The translations under genes were made by a program, and so were the position numbers. Shown piece by piece: positions 17,157 to 18,650 of a DNA stretch of 18,650 nucleotides. Source of the DNA: a virus. Below the pieces are notes generated by a model. That model was given only the letters and a program-made list of their open reading frames with translations, was not told the origin of the DNA and made no database searches. The stretch is taken from the UHGV virus genome UHGV-0185506, one strand, 5' to 3'. How positions within the stretch are numbered: the stretch's first letter is position 1; the number at the start of each line of letters is the position of its first letter.

Positions 17157-17456
17157 TTACTCGTCTTTGGGCGAAGCGTTTTCGACCCGGCTTTTTAACT
17201 TCTGCCCTGGTCTGAAGGTCACCACGCGCCGTGCTGTAATGGGAATATCTTCGCCCGTTTTCGGGTTACGTCCCGGACGTTGATTCTTATCACGCAGATC
17301 GAAGTTACCAAAGCCAGAGAGTTTTACCTGCTCGCCGTTTTCCAGAGCGCGACGGATCTCTTCGAAAAACAGTTCAACCAGTTCTTTGGCATCCCGCTTG
17401 CTAAGCCCAAGCTTATCAAACAGATATTCTGACATTTCAGCTTTTGTAAGCGCCAT
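17157..17456 (-). CDS. ihfA: Integration host factor alpha subunit
   Basis: 99-aa translation ([99 protein letters not shown]) matches E. coli IhfA as I recall it. Confidence 0.95.
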
Positions 17457-17460
17457 AGGT

Positions 17461-18650
<1,190 letters not shown>

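Overview
The window holds the late (lysis and tail) half of a P2-family prophage and its right-hand junction with an Escherichia-type chromosome (ihfA and the 3' end of pheT, both on the minus strand at 17157-18650). All calls rest on reading the six-frame translations against remembered protein families; no searches or computations were run. Plus strand 1-8287 carries L (3' fragment), X, holin, M15-type endolysin, LysB/LysC spanins, R, S, V, W, J, I, tail fibre H, an unexpected macro-domain ORF, and a tail-fibre assembly gene. A minus-strand GT-A/GT8-like glycosyltransferase (8318-9052) sits in the cargo slot that Z/fun occupies in P2, inside an AT-rich island. The sheath operon FI-FII-E/E'-T-U lies on the minus strand (9375-14953), inverted relative to canonical P2 order, while D and ogr are on the plus strand. 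A Hok-family type I toxin gene, missing from the ORF track, lies between ogr and ihfA. The best candidates for something undescribed are the macro-domain/fibre-tip chimera between H and the assembly gene, and the glycosyltransferase moron.
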